Below, piece by piece: positions 46,280-58,315 of a stretch of 64,000 nt of DNA. Each line of letters opens with the position of its first letter. Within the stretch, counting starts at the first letter, position 1. This DNA comes from Mobula hypostoma (Eukaryota): positions 241,306,001 through 241,370,000 of the forward strand of contig NC_086097.1 in NCBI RefSeq assembly GCF_963921235.1, given 5' to 3'. The notes under the pieces were generated by a model, which saw nothing but the letters and a program-made list of their open reading frames with translations, searched no databases and was not told where the DNA came from. Both the position numbers and the translations under genes were made by a program.

Positions 46280-46690
46280 CAGTTCAAAGTTCAAAATTCC
46301 AATTAAATTTATTATCAAAGTAGCATATACGACCCTGAGATTCATTGTCCTGTGGGCATACTCAATAAATCCATAGACTAATAACCATAACAGAATCAAC
46401 GAAAGGCTGCACCAACTTGGGCTTTCAACCAGTGTCCAAAAGGCAAAAAACTGCACAAATACAAAAAGAAAGAAATCATAATAATAATAAATAAGCATTA
46501 AATATCAAGAATATGCCATGACAAGTTCTTCAAGTGTATCCATTAGTTGTGGGAACATTACAATTATGGGGCAAGTGAAGTTGAGTGAAGTTATCCCCAC
46601 TTGTTCAAGAACCTGTTGGTTGAGGGGTAAGAACTGTTCCTTCACCTGGTGGTGTGAGTCCTGAGACAGCTGCACTTTCTTCCTGAATTT
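46280..46690 (-). mobile_element. Rex1/Babar-type 3' fragment
   Basis: (AAGTTC)n antisense tail; antisense TTRLRNSSYPST remnant. Confidence 0.7.
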
Positions 46691-46719
46691 CACTCCTATG
46701 TCTTATGATCTTATGATCA

Positions 46720-49068
46720 AATTATTGTCGATGTTTTAACATTGGAATTTTTTCAGAATCTCCTTCTCGTGAGATATCGGAATGTGTGATATCCTTAGAT
46801 GCTGAGAAGGCCTTCGATCGGGTTGAATGGAATTAATTATTTATTTAAAACCTTAGAAAAATTTAATTTTGGACCAGATTCTATTCAATAGATTAAATTA
46901 CTTTACCTATCTCCTTCTGCTCGGGTTCTCATTAATTTTCAAAATTCCAAACCATTTAAACTTCACCACGAAACTAGACAAGGTTGAGTCCTTTGCTTTT
47001 TGATCTAGCTTTAGAACCCCTTGCCGTTGCTTTTCAAGAATCTAATGATATCTGTGGTATTTTAAGGAGAGGTATCACCCACAAAATCTGGCTTTATGCT
47101 GATGACATATTGCTTTTTATCTCTAATGTTGAGACCTCAGTACCTTACGTACTTTCTTTACTTTCCCGTTTTAGCCGGTTTTCAGGATATAAATTGAACC
47201 TACATAAGGGTGAATTATTTCCTTTAAATTATTTGGTATCAATTAATACTAATCTCTCTTTTAAAATTGTAAGGAATCAATTTACTTATTTGGGTGCAAC
47301 AGTCACTAAGAATTACAAACACCTGTTTAAAGAAAACTTTCTTACTGTAGTGAACCATGTAAAAAAGACATTATTAAATTGGTCACCTCTTTCAATATCA
47401 TTGATTGGATGAATTAATTCTATTAAAATGAATATTTTACCTAAATTTATATATCTTTTTCAGGCTTTACCTGTTTTTATTCCTAAATCCTGTTTTGACT
47501 CTCTTGAATCTATTTTATCCTCCTATATATGGAAAAACAAAATGTCCTCGTTTAAATAAAGTTCATCTTCAAAAACCTAAAAAGTCTGGAGATTTAGCCT
47601 TACCTAATTTTAGGTTTTATTACTGGGCAGTTAATATACAATATCTTATGTTTTGGCTATATTATATTAATTGTGTAGACTGTCTGGTATGGGTTTCTTT
47701 AGAAGCTAACTCTGTTAATAAATTTTCTATTATTTCTCTTCTTGGATCCTCACTTCCTTTATTTGTAAGTAAACTAACTGATAATTTAATAGTTAAACAT
47801 ACTCTGAGGATCTGGATACAATTTAGAAAACATTTTTCCTTTTTAAACTCTCCATGACTGATATAGTTTTTAAAGAAGGGTACAGGTTGGGTATTAAATG
47901 TTTTGGGGATCTGGTTGTTGGAGGAAATTTTTTCTCATTTGAGCAATTGTCAGCCAAATATAGCTTACCCAAAACTCATTTTTTTAGATAGCTACAAATC
48001 AGAGACTTTCTAAGATCTCAATTATGCACATTTCTAAGACTTTCTAAGATCTCAGTTATGCTCAGATAAGAACTTACTAGATGTAATTTTTAATTTGACA
48101 CCTTTTCATAATGGTTCAATATCTAATATTTATTGTCTGTTACTGGAGACGAGGAATGTTCCTTTAGACAAAATTAAGAATCTCCGTGAACAAGATTTAC
48201 AGACATCAATATCTGAAGAAACTCGGAATGAAATTTTTTAATTGGTTAATACTTCATCGCTATGTGCTTGCCATTCCCTCTTACAATTTAAGGTGGTACA
48301 AAGAGTCCATCTGACTAAAGATAAGCTATCTCGTTTTTATTCATATATATCTCCCTACTGTGACAGATGTAATAATGGAGAAGCTTCATTAATTCACATG
48401 TTTTGGATTTGTCCGTGTCTTGACAAATTTGGAAGAAAGCTTTTCAAACTTTTTCTTTACTCTTCAAAGTCAATTTTAAGCCTAATCCTCTGACGGCCCT
48501 ATTCGGTATTGTTGCAGGACAAGATATCAAGCTGAAGACATCTGATTTACATATTTTGGCCTTTAGCTCTCTTATAGCTAGGAGGGCACTTTTGTTTAAA
48601 TGGAAAGATGTTCCTCTTCCTACTCATGCTCAATGGCTATGCGACGCTATGTCATGCTTAGATTTAGAGAAGGTTCGTTGTTCAATTTCTGAATCTCGTC
48701 AAGACTTTCAAACATTGTGGAGACCCTTTCTGAATTATTTTCAAAACTTTCAAAACCCTCAATTCGTTGTTTAAATTCAGATGTTGGTTATTATTAATTT
48801 TTTATTATACGAAAAGGTATTTTACCTTTTTTCTCCTTAATAAACAGCTTCGGTCTTGGTAGGGGTTAGACTCTTTTTTTGTAATAAATTAGTATATTTC
48901 AATATAACTATTGACTAACCTACATGAATATGGGATAATTAGATTGTCATTATGAATAGATATAATGTAATTGGTAGTTTTAAAAAAATCTTTTTTTGAC
49001 CTTTTATATACACTTTCTTGTACTCTGTAGTCTTCTATATGGAAACTAATAAAAATATTGAAAAAGAA
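46720..49068 (+). mobile_element. 5'-truncated, AT-rich decayed L1 (different family from 19498-25085)
   Basis: SLDAEKAFDRVEW, SPLLFDLALEPLA, LYADDILLF, LALPNFRFYYWA, CDRC...HMFWICP; AATAAA plus A-rich end at about 49048-49066. Confidence 0.9.
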
Positions 49069-49478
49069 TCATCCTTGTTATCATTGGCATAGAGCATGTT
49101 GAGAAATTTGTTGTTTTTGTGACAGCAGTATAACACAAGTCAAAAAATAATTATGAGTTACAGTAATAAAAAAGAAATAAGTAATTAGTGCATAAAGGAA
49201 ATAGTTTGGTATTGTTCATGGGCTCAGGAATCTGATGGCAGAGGGGAAGAGATTGTTTCTAAAACACTGAGGGTGTGTCTTCAGGCCTGAGGACACTCCT
49301 CCTTAATGATACTAATGGTAGCAATGGTAGTAACTCCTCCTTAATGGTGGTAGTGAGAAGAGTACACGTCCTGTATGGTGAGGGTCCTTAATGATGGATG
49401 GTACCTTCTTGAGGCACGCCTTTTTAAGATGTCCTCATTGGTCGGGCAGATTGTACCCTTCTGCAACCTTCTGCAGCC

Positions 49479-50014
49479 TCTCTATTTCCTGAGGAGAATG
49501 AGGTCCTTTAACATCTGCCGGATGATGCTGAGGATGTTCTACAAGTCTGTGGTGGAGAGATCATGTTTGCTGTTATGTGCTGGGGCAGCAGGCTGAGGGT
49601 AGCAGACACCAGCAGAATCAACAAACTCATTCGTAAGGCCAGTGATGTTGTGGGGGTGGAACTGGACTCTCTGACGGTGGTGTCTGTAAAGAGGATGCTG
49701 TCTAAGTTGCATGCCATCTTGGTCAATGTCTCCCATCCACTACATAATGTACTGGGTGGGCACAGGAGTACATTCAGCCAGAGACTCATTCCACCGAGAT
49801 GCAACACAGAGCGTCATAGGAAGTCATTCCTGCCTGTGGCCATCAAACTTTACAACTCCTCCCTTGGAGGGTCAGACACCCTGAGCCAATAGACTGGTCC
49901 TGGACTTATTTCATAATTTACTGGCATAATTTACATATTACTATTTAATTATTTATGGTGCAACTGTAAGGAAAACCATTTTCCCCCGGGATCAATAAAG
50001 TATGACTATGACTA
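49479..50014 (+). mobile_element. Young Rex1/Babar-type 3' fragment (ACTATG-tailed family) inserted among antisense Rex fragments (49070-49478, 50015-50480)
   Basis: LYFLRRMRSFNIC..., INKLIRKASDVVG...SHPLH...RKSFLPVAIKLYN; AATAAAGT(ATGACT)n tail. Confidence 0.85.
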
Positions 50015-50774
50015 TTCATCCTGTGCATTGGCGCCACCATACCAAGCAGTGGTGCATCCAGTCAGTATGCTCTCCATGGTACCTCTGTAGAAATTTGCTA
50101 GGTGCTTTGACTTCTATTGTGTGAAGTGAGGAGATAGCACGTCCTGGGTGGTGGAGGTCCCTACTGACGGATGCTGCTTTGCTGTAACAGCATTCCGTGT
50201 AGAGGTGCTCAATGGTGCCAACAGATTTCCCTGTGATGGACTGGGTCGTATCCACTACTTTTTGTAGGATTTCCATTTCAAGGGCATTGGTGTTTCAATA
50301 ACAGGCCAGGATACTGTCCACCACACATCTATTGAAGTTTGTCAAAAGTTTTAGACGTCGTGCCGAATCTTTTCAGACTCCTAAGGAAGTAGAGGTGCTG
50401 CCCTGCTCTCTTCAGAATTGCACTTATATGCTGGGCCAACGACGGGTACTCTGAAATAATAACATTGAGGAATTTACAGCAATATACTGGGTCTTGATGC
50501 AACGAGCCAGCTTAGTTTCCACCTCCAATTTTTACTTCTTCCAGCAAGTAACAAAGGGAAACCCATCTGCCAACTAGATTAAGTGTTAAAAGAGAAGTTG
50601 GGGCCAAGAAGTCAGAAGAAAAATGTGAGGTCAGGAATAGCATGGCTTGATGCAGATCTTCTCCAGTGTCCTAAATCTTGTTTCTGCACTAGACACAGAA
50701 GAGCACCTCAACTATACGATGTGGTGACTCTTCCATCCAAAGACCGCCAACCTTTCTGTTAAGCAAAAGTTATA

Positions 50775-51068
50775 AAAGATAAAGATTAAAGAGCAGCTTT
50801 ATTTGTCACATGATGAAATATGTTGTTTGTGTCACAGTCCAAGGATTGTGCTGGGGGCAGCATGCAGGAATCACCATGCTTCTGACGCCAATATAACATG
50901 CTCACAACTTACAGCCCCAAACCCATACGCCAGAGCACCTGGAAGAAACTCACGCAGTGACGGGGAGAACATACAAACTCCTTACAGTGACCGATGGAAA
51001 TTAAACCCCAATCTTTTGATCACTGGGGCTGTAAAGCATTATGTCAGCCTCTACACCACTGCGCCAAC
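50775..51068 (-). mobile_element. tRNA-derived SINE
   Basis: AAAGATTAAAGAGCAGCTTTATTTGTCACATG antisense tail; same family as 5196-5512. Confidence 0.65.
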
Positions 51069-51117
51069 CTAACCTCCAATCTATCTCCTTAATGAATTTG
51101 CAACATAGAAACAATCC

Positions 51118-52110
51118 TAAATATAAGTAATTCTGCAGATGTTGGAGGTCCAATGCAACACAAGCAAAATGCTGAATGAACTCAGCAGGTCAGGCAGCAC
51201 ATATGGAACTGAACAAACAATTGACATTTCGGGTTGAAACCCTTCTTCGGGACTGGAAAGGAAGGGGCGAGATGCCAGAATAAAAAGGTGGCGGGAGGGG
51301 AAGAAGGATAGATAGCTGGAAGGTGGTAGGTGAAGCCAGGGTGTTAGGAAAAGTCAAGGATGGAGAAGAAGAAATCTGATAGGCGAGGAGAGTGGACCAT
51401 AGGAGAAAGGAAAGGAGGAGGGGATCCAAGGGGAGATGATAGGCAGGTGAGAAGAGGTAAGCAGCCAGAGTGGAGAATAGAAGAAGAGGGGAGGAGAGGG
51501 AATGTTTTTTACCGGAATGTTAAATTGATAGTCATGCCATCAGGTTGGATGCTACCCAGACAGAATATAAGGTGTTGCTCTTCCACCCTGTGGGTGGCCT
51601 CATCTTGGCACAAGAGAAGGTCATGGACCGACATATTGGAATGGGAATGGGAATTGTATTTAAATTGCTTGGCCTTTGGGAAGTTCTGCTTTTGGCGGAT
51701 GGAGCAGAGATGCTCAACGAAGCAACACCCCCCCCACCCCCCCCCAATTTATAACAGGTCTCACCAGTGTGGAGGAGGCTGCATCGGGAGCACCGGACAC
51801 AATGCAGGTGTTGCCTCACCTGGATGTTCTGCCTGGGGCCTTGAATGGAGGTGTGGGAGGAGGTGTATTGGTAGGTGTAGCACTTGGGCTGTGTTCAGGG
51901 ATAAGTACCTGGAGGGAGATTAGTGGGGAGCAATGAATGGACAAGGAAATCACAGAGGAAGTGATCCCTGAGGAAAGCAGAGAGATGGGGGAGGAGGTAA
52001 AGAGATGCATGTTTGGTGGTAGGATCCCCTTGGAGATGGTGGAAGTCGTGGAGGATCATGTGTTGATGTGGAGGATCATGGGTTGGTGGGTAAGGACAAA
52101 AGGAAGCAAT
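51118..52110 (-). mobile_element. Penelope-like element 3' fragment with degenerate hammerhead (51218-51256)
   Basis: HMILHDFHHLQGDPTTKH...SAFLRDHFLCDFLVHS, RCSRCSLLHTGET and the C-terminal QPDG motif; minus strand CAGTC-CCGAAGA-AGGGTTTCAACCC-GAAA-TGTC-AATTG. Confidence 0.85.
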
Positions 52111-52554
52111 CATCTGGGAACAGAATTAATTCTAAAAACCCATCTTACTTGGAAGCCATACAACCAGAAGATAAAGGGAGCTTCAATTCATTGTTGTTGG
52201 ACTTAAGTACATGATTTATGCCAGGAGTAAATACTGAGGATTCATCCACTGCACCAGCTAATTCTCATCTCAAGTTTCTTCCAATACAATTCCACCCATA
52301 AACCTCAGGCACTCTATCATTTCCGATATACAATTAGCCATGTTTCCAAAGTGCATTCAGAACAGAAAACTAATTTTAGTTAAGAATCTTTTGAATAAGC
52401 TCAAAAATATGAATGTAAGCTAAGAGAAATTATTTTCAAAGACAAGAATATGTTTTCATATTTTGCAATCATTCAAAAAAAAAATATCAAGACTAATAGG
52501 ATCTGTCTTAGGATCAATAAGTACCAAACAAGAACAATGCACACAATATAAATT

Positions 52555-53036
52555 AAAGAATCTAGCAAATTTCTGCAGGTGTGCCATGGAGAGCAGACTG
52601 AGTGGTTGCGTCACTACCTGGTATGGTGGCGCCAATGCACGGGATCGGAAGAGGCTTAGCCAGCACAATCTTCCCCACCATTGATGACATCATCGAAAGG
52701 CGGAGCCTCAAAAAGGCGCCATCCATCATTAAGGATGCTCACCGTCCGGGACATTCCCTCTTCTCATCACTGCCATCAAGCAGGAGATACAGAAGCCTGA
52801 AGAGACGCACTCAGTGTTTTAGAAACAACCTCTTCCCCTCTGCCATCAGATTTCTGAACAGTCCATGAGCCCATGAACAATACCCTTTTTGCACTATTTA
52901 TTTATTTATTTATTTATTTTATATTATGTAACTCATAATAATTATTTTTTTGACTTGTGTTATACTGCTGCCGCAAAAACAACAAATTTCACAACATGCT
53001 GCATGCCAATGATAACAAGCGTGATTCTGATTCTGA
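52555..53036 (+). mobile_element. Rex1/Babar-type 3' fragment
   Basis: LANFCRCAMESRLSGCVTTWYG; SSRRYRSLKRRTQCFRNNLFPSAIRFLN; GATTCT tail. Confidence 0.8.
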
Positions 53037-53364
53037 AAAAACTCCAGTGTTAAAGCATTAACAATAATTTCTTCATAAGACCATAAGATGTACAGTAGGT
53101 GAGGAATTAGGCCATTTGGCTCATCGAGTCTGGTCACCATGGCTTTCAATTTTTCCTCTCAACCCAGCCTAGGACAATGGAGGTCTAATTGACCTTAGTC
53201 ATAGTCATACTTTATTGATCCCAGGGGAAATTGGTTTTCCTTACAGTTGCACCATAAATAATAAATAGTAATAGAACCATATACAGTTACCTTACCTTCA
53301 GAACAGCAATTTCACCTGCATTCTCATATTACCACCAACATAACAAATGGCCAAAGCACCATCA

Positions 53365-53622
53365 TATAGTCATAGTCATAGTAACTACAGAGAGCAACAG
53401 CCCCTTCAGCCCATCTAGTCTATGACATCCTGTTATTCTTCCATATCCCATTGATCTGCGTACCCATCCCATCCATGTCCCTGCCTAAATTTCTCTTAAG
53501 TGCTGCAATCAAACCTGCATCCACCATATCCACTGGCAGCTTGTTCCACGCTCTTACCACCTTCTGGGTGAAGAAATCCCCCATCAGGTTCTCTTTAAGT
53601 ATTTCACCATTCACCCTTAACC
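53365..53622 (-). mobile_element. CR1 3' fragment
   Basis: Minus ORF DFFTQKVVRAWNKLP. Confidence 0.75.
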
Positions 53623-54339
53623 GATGGGGAAAATGGGCTGAAAAACGTCAGAAAAAAAACTTAATGCAAACATGTCACGCGGAGATTTGACGTTCAGCCG
53701 AAGAGTGTGGTCGGCATTCTAAAGGATTCTAAACATTGTAAAAAACTGAAGGACCTAACAGTCTCTGCGACTTGACAGCAATTGGCGCCAGCCCAGCAAC
53801 TTTACAAATGGGGAATTATTCCAAGAATACTCACTCCCTAGTGGTCATATATAACTAAGCTAAGTAAAGCAAGGTACAGATTTTTGACAGGTGGAAAATT
53901 AAGATACTGCAACAAAACGTCTCAACACCTCCGTTGCATTTAATGGTTTTATCACAAGAAACGAATGTTCTCATCTTTACAGATCTCTAGAGCAACAGAG
54001 GGTATGACAATCAGGAATCCTCAGTCTTTCATTCTGGAATACAGGAACCCAGAAGCAAAGGAAGGTAGATACTCATTCAAGTCTGAAGCCACATGCAAAA
54101 ATTATCGAGAACATCTTCAAAAAACCAGTATCTCAAAAAGTCAGCATCCATCACCAAGGACATGCAGTCTTCTCATTGCTACCATCATGGAGGAAGTAAA
54201 GGAGTCTGAAGCCACACACGCACACATCATTTTAGGAACAGCTTCTTCCTTCAGCATCGGATTTCTGAACAGACCTCACATTTTTCTTCAATTTTTGCAC
54301 TTCTTATTTAACCTAATTTATTGTATATATTGTATATTT

Positions 54340-54925
54340 TGAAGGAAAACTTCTTTAGCCCGAAAGTGGTGAATCTATGGAGGTTGGTGCCACAGGCAGC
54401 TGTGGAGACCAAATCATTGGGTATATTTAAGGCAGAGGCTGATAGATTCTCGATTAGTCAGGGCAAGTGTATAAGATGTTGAGAGGTATTGATCATGTGG
54501 ATAGTCAGCGGCTTTTTCCCAGGGCTGAAATGGCTAACACGAGAGGGCACAGTTTTAAGGTGCTTGGAAGTAGTACAGACGGGTTGTCAGGGGTAAGTTT
54601 TTTCACGCAGGGAGTGCTGAGTGTGTGGAATGGGCTGCCGGTGACGGTGGTGGAGGCGGATACAATAGGGTCTTTTAAGAGACTCCTGGACAGATATATG
54701 GAGCTTAGAAAAATAGAGGGCTATGGGTAACCCTTGGTAATTTCTCAGGTAAGGACATGTTTGACGCAGCATTGTGGGCCGAAAGGCCTGTACTGTGCTG
54801 TAGGTTTTCTATGTTTCTTTGAAGGGATACGAGGAAAAGGCAGGAGATCAGGGCTGAGAGGGAAACGGATCAGCCATGATAAAGTGGTGGAGCAGACTCG
54901 ATGCCCCTATTTCTTATGGTCTTAT
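54340..54925 (+). mobile_element. CR1 3' end containing a second, younger CR1 3' end (54466-54818)
   Basis: Host ...TTAGTCAGGGCA| resumes |TGAAGGGATACGAGG; insert YKMLRGIDHVDSQRLFPRAEM... ends GGTTTTCTATGTTTCT. Confidence 0.8.
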
Positions 54926-55494
54926 ATTCCTTATTATAATTTTTAGGTTTTTTAATATATTACACTGAACTGCTGCCGCAAAGCAACAGATTTCATGCAT
55001 ATATCAGTGATATTAAACCGGATTACGATTCCAATTATGAAATAATGCTATGCACGATGCTGGTGCTAATATTTTCTTGTTCATTAGGCACTCTTGCAAA
55101 ATTTTGTGCGCATAAGAAAATTGATTTGTGCAGTTGAGTACAATAACCGTAGGTAATTTCAGGAAGTGTGGCATGAGGTGATGTAATGTCTGGACCTCTT
55201 AAAGCACAAGAGCACAAATGCAGCCACTGTTTCATTCGGTGGGCTGCTTGAGGTACCTAACTTAGAGGAATTGAAGGCAGACGGAGGAGAGGCGCGATTC
55301 TGATGACAGCTTTAGAATCATGACAGCAGAGCCAAACATCCTCAAAGATAACCAGAAAATGAGGGACTGCCACTCTACACCCCAAAAACATGGAAAGTTT
55401 TGGATAAATAATCAACATCAGCCTGTTCCATTCTCAACTAAGCTCATCTGATTCTCCAGAAAAGAAGTGAAAAAAAGATACAAGCAATAAAACT

Positions 55495-56392
55495 TGGAGC
55501 TTAATGCTCTCAAGACAGTGGAAATGATGATTGACTTCCTCTGACAACCCCTACCTACCACGCCCATCCCTAGGAAATGAATAGTTTTACATTTCTTATT
55601 GTAATTTATAGATTTTTAACTGTGCCTGTGGTCGAGTCCTTCAAGTTCCTGAGGTCTACCATTGCCAATACACTGAAATGGGACAAACACGTTACACTCA
55701 TCACTAGGGAAGCCAGCAGAGACTGATCTTACACCAGGTTTGGAAACTTAACAGCTCAGGGTGTATCCTGATGAGTTTTTATTCAGCTATCATCGAGAGT
55801 GTTGTGACCACCTCTGTCACTGTTTGGTTTCCCCCCGCATCCTCCCTCTCCAAGTCCAAGGTCGCATAATGTCTTCCGCTTAGCAGAGAAGATCATTGGC
55901 TGCCAGCTACCGACATTAAAAGACCTGTTCATCGCCAGACTGAAGAAAAGAGCTGAAAAAAAATTACTGCTGACACCATCCACCCTTGCAGTCACCTATT
56001 CACCACATTGCCGGGGAGATGCTACAAGTCCATCACCATCAGGACTACACACCATGTCTGAAGCTTCTTTCCTGTAGCTATCCAGCTTCTCAACAAAACT
56101 CACCCCAGTGTAATACCCCAACCATCCCTGCACAATATCCGTTAAATGCTTTTTCTTGCCCTCCTTGTTCTGTTGATAATTATTGAGTCTGTTCATATAT
56201 TCAAATTTATTGACGTCTGTGCATGTGACCGCTCTGCTAATTGTTGATTGCTCATGGCTGTTAGCACTGTTGTCTTGTAAATTGTCCGTTGCCTTTGTAT
56301 TGTCTATTATGGTATTGTCCTATGTTTTATGCTTGGCTCCAAACCACACTCAATTCTGGTAAAGTGATTCTGATTCTAATTATGATTCTGAT
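55495..56392 (+). mobile_element. Decayed Rex1/Babar-like LINE 3' part (divergent family)
   Basis: LNALKTVEMMIDF, VESFKFLRSTI, FYSAIIESVVTTSVTVWF remnants; (GATTCT)n tail. Confidence 0.65.
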
Positions 56393-56679
56393 TTAAATGT
56401 AACACAAATTAGGTCTGTTTTTCCCTAAAAAAAATCTGCTTTCTAAAACATAACCACACTTTTTTCTTTGGAGCAATGGCAGCAATAATGAATGACTGTC
56501 ATTGCGGCTGAATATCATAAGACCAATAGACACTTCGGCCCATCAAGTCCGTTAACACCATTCCATCTTGGCTGATTTATTATCCTTTTCAACCCCTGTC
56601 TCCTTCTTTCTCCCCGTTACCTTTGACACACAGACAAATCAAGAACCTACAAATCAAGAACCTATCGACCTCCACTTTA

Positions 56680-58315
56680 GAAAGAAATCAGGAAGACTAA
56701 AAGAAGGCATGAGATTGCTCAAGCAGTCAAGGTGAAGGAGCATCTTAAGGGATTCTACAGATATGCAAAGAGCTAAAGGATTGCAAGAGACAAAATTCAT
56801 CCTCTGGAAAATCAGAATGATAACCTATGTGTGGAATTAAAAGAGATGGGGCAAATCATAGATGCATTCTTTGCACCTTTATTTCCTTGGGAAACGGATA
56901 GAGAAACTACAGAAGTGAGGCAAAGCAGCATCAACTTCATGGACCCTGTACAGATTACAGAGGAGAAGGTGTTTGTTACCCTGAGGAAAATTAGTGTGGA
57001 TAAATCACCAGGACCTGACAATGTGTTCCCTTGGACCCTACTGCAGGCAAGTGCAGAAATTGCCAGGACCCAAGCAGAGATACTTAAAACATCCTTAGCG
57101 ACAGCAGAGGTACCAGAGGATTGGAGGATAACCAATGTTGTTCCACTGTTTAAGAAAGGCTCGAAACAGAAACCAAGAAATTATGGGCAGGTGAGACCTG
57201 ACATCATTTGTGGGAAAGTTATTGAAAGGTATTCAGAAGGGACTGGAAATTTAAGTATTGGGATAGACATGGACTGATTAAGGATAGTCAGCTAAGTTCT
57301 GTGTGTGGTAAGTCATGTCTAATCAATCACATTGAGGACATTACCAGAAAAGTGGATGAAGGCAAGACAGTGAATGTTGTCTACATGGACCTTAGTAAGG
57401 CATTTGACAAGCATAAGAAGCTGGTCAAGGAGATTCAGTTGCTTAGCATTCAGGATGAGGTAGTAAATTGGATGAGACATTGGCTTTGAGGGAGAAGCCA
57501 GAGAGTGGTAGTCAAGGGTTGCCCCTCTGACTGGGGGCCTGTGATTAGTGATGTTCCATAGGGATCAGTGCTGGGTCTATTGTTGTTCATCATTTAAATC
57601 AATGATCTGGTTGAAAATGCAGTTAACTGGATCAGCAAATTTGCGAATGACACCAAGATTGGGAATGTTGTGAACAGTGAGGAAGGCTTACAGAGAGATC
57701 TGCTTCAGCTGCAAAAGTGGCCTGAAAAATGGCAGATGGAATTTAATGCAGTCAAGTGTGAGGTGTTGTACTTCGGTAGGACTAACCAACGTAGGTCTTA
57801 CACAGTAAATGGTGGGGCATTGAGTAGTGTGGTAGAACATAGGGATCTGGAAACGAAGGTCCATAATTCACTGAAAGTGGTGTCACAGGTAAATAGGGTC
57901 ATAAAGGAAGGTTTTGTTACATAGGCCTTCATAAATCAATGTATTGAGTACAGGAGCTGGGATGTTATGTTGAAGTTGTATAAGACATTGGTGAGGCCTA
58001 ATTGGAGTATTAAGTGCAGTTTTGGTCATGATGTAAACAGGAAAGACGTAAATAAGTTTGAAAGAGTACAAAGAAAATTTACAAGGATGTTGCCAGGTCT
58101 GAAGGACTTGAGTTATGAGGAAAGACTGAATAGGTTAGGACTGTATTTTTTAGAGTGTGGAAGATTAAGACGAGATTTGATAGAGGTATACAAAATTATG
58201 AGAGGTATCAATAGGGTAAATACAAGCAGGCTTTTTCCATTGAGGTTGGGTCCAACCAGCAGTCATGGATTTAGGGTGGAAGGTGAGAAAGTTTAAGGGG
58301 ATCATGAGGAGAAAC
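56680..58315 (+). mobile_element. Decayed CR1 RT segment
   Basis: DKSPGPDNV...PEDWRITNVVPLFKKG, YMDLSKAFDK, KWQMEFN, LYKTLVRP. Confidence 0.88.

Noticed and set aside
53782..53800. TGGCGCC as a retroviral primer-binding site
   Set aside because: No adjacent LTR end or gag-like ORF; match too short.
55030..55490. Possible exon in unique-looking sequence
   Set aside because: No recognisable protein similarity or convincing acceptor-donor pair with an open frame.
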